Assembly (NCBI RefSeq): GCF_004010195.1
Contig: NC_057753.1
Span: 12,008,570 to 12,072,569, forward strand
Source of the DNA: Chiloscyllium plagiosum
Lineage: Eukaryota
Reading direction: 5' to 3'
Length of the DNA: 64,000 nucleotides
Positions within the stretch are counted from its first letter, which is position 1; every line of letters begins with the position of its first letter. Below are positions 60,781 to 64,000 of the stretch, one piece after another. The notes beneath the pieces were generated by a model. It worked only from the letters and a program-made list of their open reading frames with translations. It did no database searches and was not told the origin of the DNA. Made by a program: the position numbers and the translations under genes.

Positions 60781-60974
60781 AGAAAGTGAGGACTGCGGGT
60801 GCTGGAGATCAGAGTCGAGAGCGTAGTGCCGGAAAAGCACAGGCAGGTCAGGCAGCATCCGAAGGGCAGGAGAATCAACGTCTCAGGCGTAAGCCCTTCT
60901 GCCCGAAACGGCGATTCTCCTGCTCCTCGGATGCTGCCTGACCTGCTGTGCTTTGCCAGTACTACGCTCTCGAC
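60781..60974. mobile_element. Penelope family A fold-back element
   Basis: Inverted arms; degenerate TSD cttggtccgtgtccc / ctcggtccatatccc. Confidence 0.7.
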
Positions 60975-61185
60975 CTCGGTCCATATCCCTCCATCCCTCT
61001 CCCCATCCACACATCGGTCCAAATGTTTCTTAAATGCCATAGTTGTACTCGCCTCCACCACTCCCTCTGGCAGCCCGTTCCAGACACTCAGCACCCTCTG
61101 TGTGAAAAACAAATTGACCCCCAGGACCCTTTTATATCTCTCCCTGTCACCTTTAACCTATGCCCTGTAGTTTTAGACTCCCTAC

Positions 61186-61836
61186 TGTGAGAAACAAAGC
61201 TCACTCACTTTAATAATTTCAGTCCGAGACAAGATCTGAAGCAATCAGTATATTTATTATATGCTTGCAAGTGTGGTGCCTGGAATAGGGCATACAGAGT
61301 TTAGCAAGTACATATCTTATATAGGATTCACCACTCCAAACCCGGTGCCCATTACTATTGTTTATCTCTTGCCTTGTGCATAACAAGGTACAAGTTTTAC
61401 TCAGCCATTTCACCACACCCTGCTGTGGCCCATTGTTAGGTATATCCTTCTTCGTGATTATCTACTTCCCCCACTTATGCCACTTCCTCCCTTTCCCAAA
61501 CCATATTAATCCTTACGACCTTTTAATTGGGGTTTGTTTTTGTGTTTTTGCAAAAGTGGGAAACAGATGCTTATAACTACTGCTTGTGCAAGCACATCTG
61601 GCTTAACCTACATCCTCACAGCACCTTATCTGTTTGTCTACCATTGTTAGCAGGCACGTTTCATTCTTGCATTCACATTTTAGCTAATACAAAAACAATT
61701 ATATATTTCCTCCACATAGTTTTCATTCTTGTTGACTCAGCTCTTGGCTGAAACAATTATACACTGGTGTGAGTGCATTTACCTTGCATCAGTAATTGTA
61801 ATTGCAGAAGTAACACTACTTTACCTATATCCCACA
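61186..61836 (-). mobile_element. Solo LTR of the same ERV family as 794-1384, inserted in a CR1 fragment
   Basis: Shares tgtgagaaacaaa(a)gctcactcac, ccttttaattggggtttgtt and ctatatcccaca with 794-1384. No adjacent PBS. Confidence 0.8.
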
Positions 61837-62389
61837 AAACTGTGGGAAAAAGCTGTTGGCTATCTCCCTTATCTATGCCCCTCATGACTTTATAGGTTGG
61901 AAATCTACTCACTGGAGTTTACAAGAATGACAGGCGATTCATTGAAACACATAGGATGGACAGGGTAAATGCTGAGAGGGTTTCCCCTCATGGGAGAGTG
62001 TAGGACCGGAAGACCTAGACTCAGGGTCAAGAGGCACCAATTTAAGACCCAATTTGAGGAGGAATTTCTTCTCTCAGTGGCTGGAGAGTCTTTGGCACTC
62101 CTTGCCACAGAGAGCTGAGGGAGCAGTCATAGAGATGTACGGCATGGAAACAGACCCTTCGGTCCAACCCGTCCATGCCGAGTCCTTGTGTAGATTTAAG
62201 ACTGAGATTTGACATGACATTTCCAGCATTCACTGTTGCTCTTCCTGACTCCAAGCAGAGACGTAAAGGGGCCTACCGTTCCACAGAAGGATTCTGAACC
62301 ATGAAAAATACAATTGGCTTGACACCGTCCTCAGGATTAACCCAGTCCTAGATGCAATTAACAGCAGTGTCAGAATCCAACACTTGCTG

Positions 62390-62920
62390 TAGAATCATAG
62401 AGACGTACAGCACAGAAGCAGATCCTTTGGTCCAACTCGTCCATGCCGACCAGATATCTGAAATTAATCTAGTCCCATTTGCCAGCATTTGGGCCATATC
62501 CCTCTCAACCTTTTCTATTCATGTATCCATCCAGATGCCTTTTAAATGTTGTCATTGTACCAGCCTCCACCACTTCCTCTGGCAGCTCATTTCATACACG
62601 TACCACCCTCTGCATGAAAAAGATCCCCCTCAGGTCCCTTTTAAATCTGTTCCCTTTCACCGAAAACCTATGCCCTTTAGATCTGGACTCCCCCACCCTG
62701 GGGAAAAAGACCTTGTCTATTCACCTTGCCCATGCCCCATAATTTTATAAAACCTCTCTAAGGTCACCCCTCAGCCTCCGATGCTTCAAGGAAAACAGCG
62801 CCAGCCCATTCAGCCGCTCCCTGTAGCACAAACCCTCCAACCCTAGCAACATTCTTGTAAATCTTTTCTGTACCCTTTCAGGTTGCGCGACTTCCTTCCG
62901 ATAGGAGGGAGACCAGAATT
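62390..62920 (-). mobile_element. CR1 3' fragment
   Basis: Reverse complement of the CR1 3' motifs. Confidence 0.85.
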
Positions 62921-63011
62921 AAGTCTTTGCGGAAGCTCGTGTTAAAATCTGTTTTCTTGTGTTGTCTCATCTCTCCCTAAATCGAAGCAGGAGAGTCAGC
63001 GTTTGAAACAG

Positions 63012-63435
63012 GAGAGAAGCAAAGAGGTGCTTCTGCAGCTGTACAGGGCCCTGGTGAGACCACACCTGGAGTACTGTGTGCAGTTCTGGTCTCCAAATTT
63101 GAGGAAAGACATTCTGGCTATTGAGGGAGTGCAGCGTAGGTTCACGAGGTCAATTCCTGGAATGGCGGGATTATCTTACACTGAAAGACTGGAGCGTCTG
63201 GGCTTGTATACTGGTGGCTGTGTGGAATGCTCTGCCCCAGAGGGCAGTGGAGGCCCAGTCTCTGGATTCATTTAAGAAAAAGTTAGATAGAGCTCTCAAG
63301 GATTGTGGAATCAAGGGTTATGGAGATAAGGCAGGGACAGGATACTGATTAAGGATGATCAGCCATGATCATGTTGAATGGTGGTGCAGGCTCGAAGGGC
63401 AGAATGGCCTACTCCTGCGCCTATTGTCTATTGTA
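63012..63435 (+). mobile_element. Young CR1 3' fragment
   Basis: SKEVLLQLYRALVRPHLEYCVQFWSPNLRKDILAIEGVQRRFTR. Confidence 0.88.
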
Positions 63436-64000
63436 TTCTCCTGCTCCTCGGATGCTGCCAGACCTGCTGTGCTTTTCCAGCGCCACACATTTCATCTCCA
63501 GCAACTGCAGTCCTCACTTTCTCCTTAGAACGAGGCAGGCAACTCTGCTCGGAAGGTTATGAATGAACTTGCCGAGGAATCTCACAATTCCAAAAGGTGA
63601 TCAAATCACTCCCAACACAAGCCGGTACCAATGCAAAGCAGTCCCAACTTCATTGGGAGCAAAGTTACAATAACCTTTAATACTAAACAATACTGTCTCT
63701 AATCCTGTTTGGCCCCGAAGGTTACAATACTTCCCGAGTCTTTTGTAGGTTTACGCAGCCACTCTCTCTCTGGCTGTGGGACTGCAGAGTTGCTTCCTTC
63801 CTCTCTCCTTCTCTGGAGGGTCATCTGGTTCTCTGCCTCTTGCCTTGCTGGTCTCCTCAGAAGATTCAAGAGATTCCAAGAGACCGGTCTGCAGGAGAAC
63901 CCGGTTTTTATCCCTTTTTAGATGGTTTCCCCGGAACTTTCTGTAGTCCAGGCCAATCGGGGAGGTACACTTTATAGTTTGGCTTGCTAATGTTCGTTTC

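Noticed and set aside
794..61836. One giant provirus spanning the two related LTRs
   Set aside because: The PBS points out of the window, the LTRs are clearly diverged, and there is no shared TSD.
63570..64000. Possible LTR at the window end
   Set aside because: Has polyA/TATA-like signals on -, but the second terminus and TSD are not visible.

Overview
Eukaryotic (vertebrate) genomic DNA, almost certainly an elasmobranch (shark/ray), judged from HE1-type V-SINEs, HER1/CR1-type LINE 3' fragments and shark-style 'KPWKCGDC' zinc-finger genes. The window is a repeat-saturated C2H2 zinc-finger birth-and-death cluster. It holds three intact ZNF ORFs (8719-9609 +, 23589-24128 +, 42360-43034 -), one open but ATG-less ZNF frame (19751-20599 +) and three ZNF pseudogenes (about 27-28 kb, 35.3-36.5 kb and 54.5 kb, all on -). 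The paralogues share homologous promoter, splice-acceptor and 3' modules, and no KRAB/BTB/SCAN domain is visible. Intergenic DNA consists of CR1, Rex1, L1/Tx1 and Penelope fragments, SINEs, an ERV 5' LTR with a tRNA-Pro PBS, solo LTRs, a Tc1/pogo-type MITE and minisatellites. The most striking non-coding signal is at least three families of short Penelope-derived units, often fold-back, carrying minimal hammerhead-ribozyme cores with covarying stem II, some flanked by 12-19 bp target-site duplications. All calls were made by eye; repeat boundaries are approximate and family names need database confirmation.
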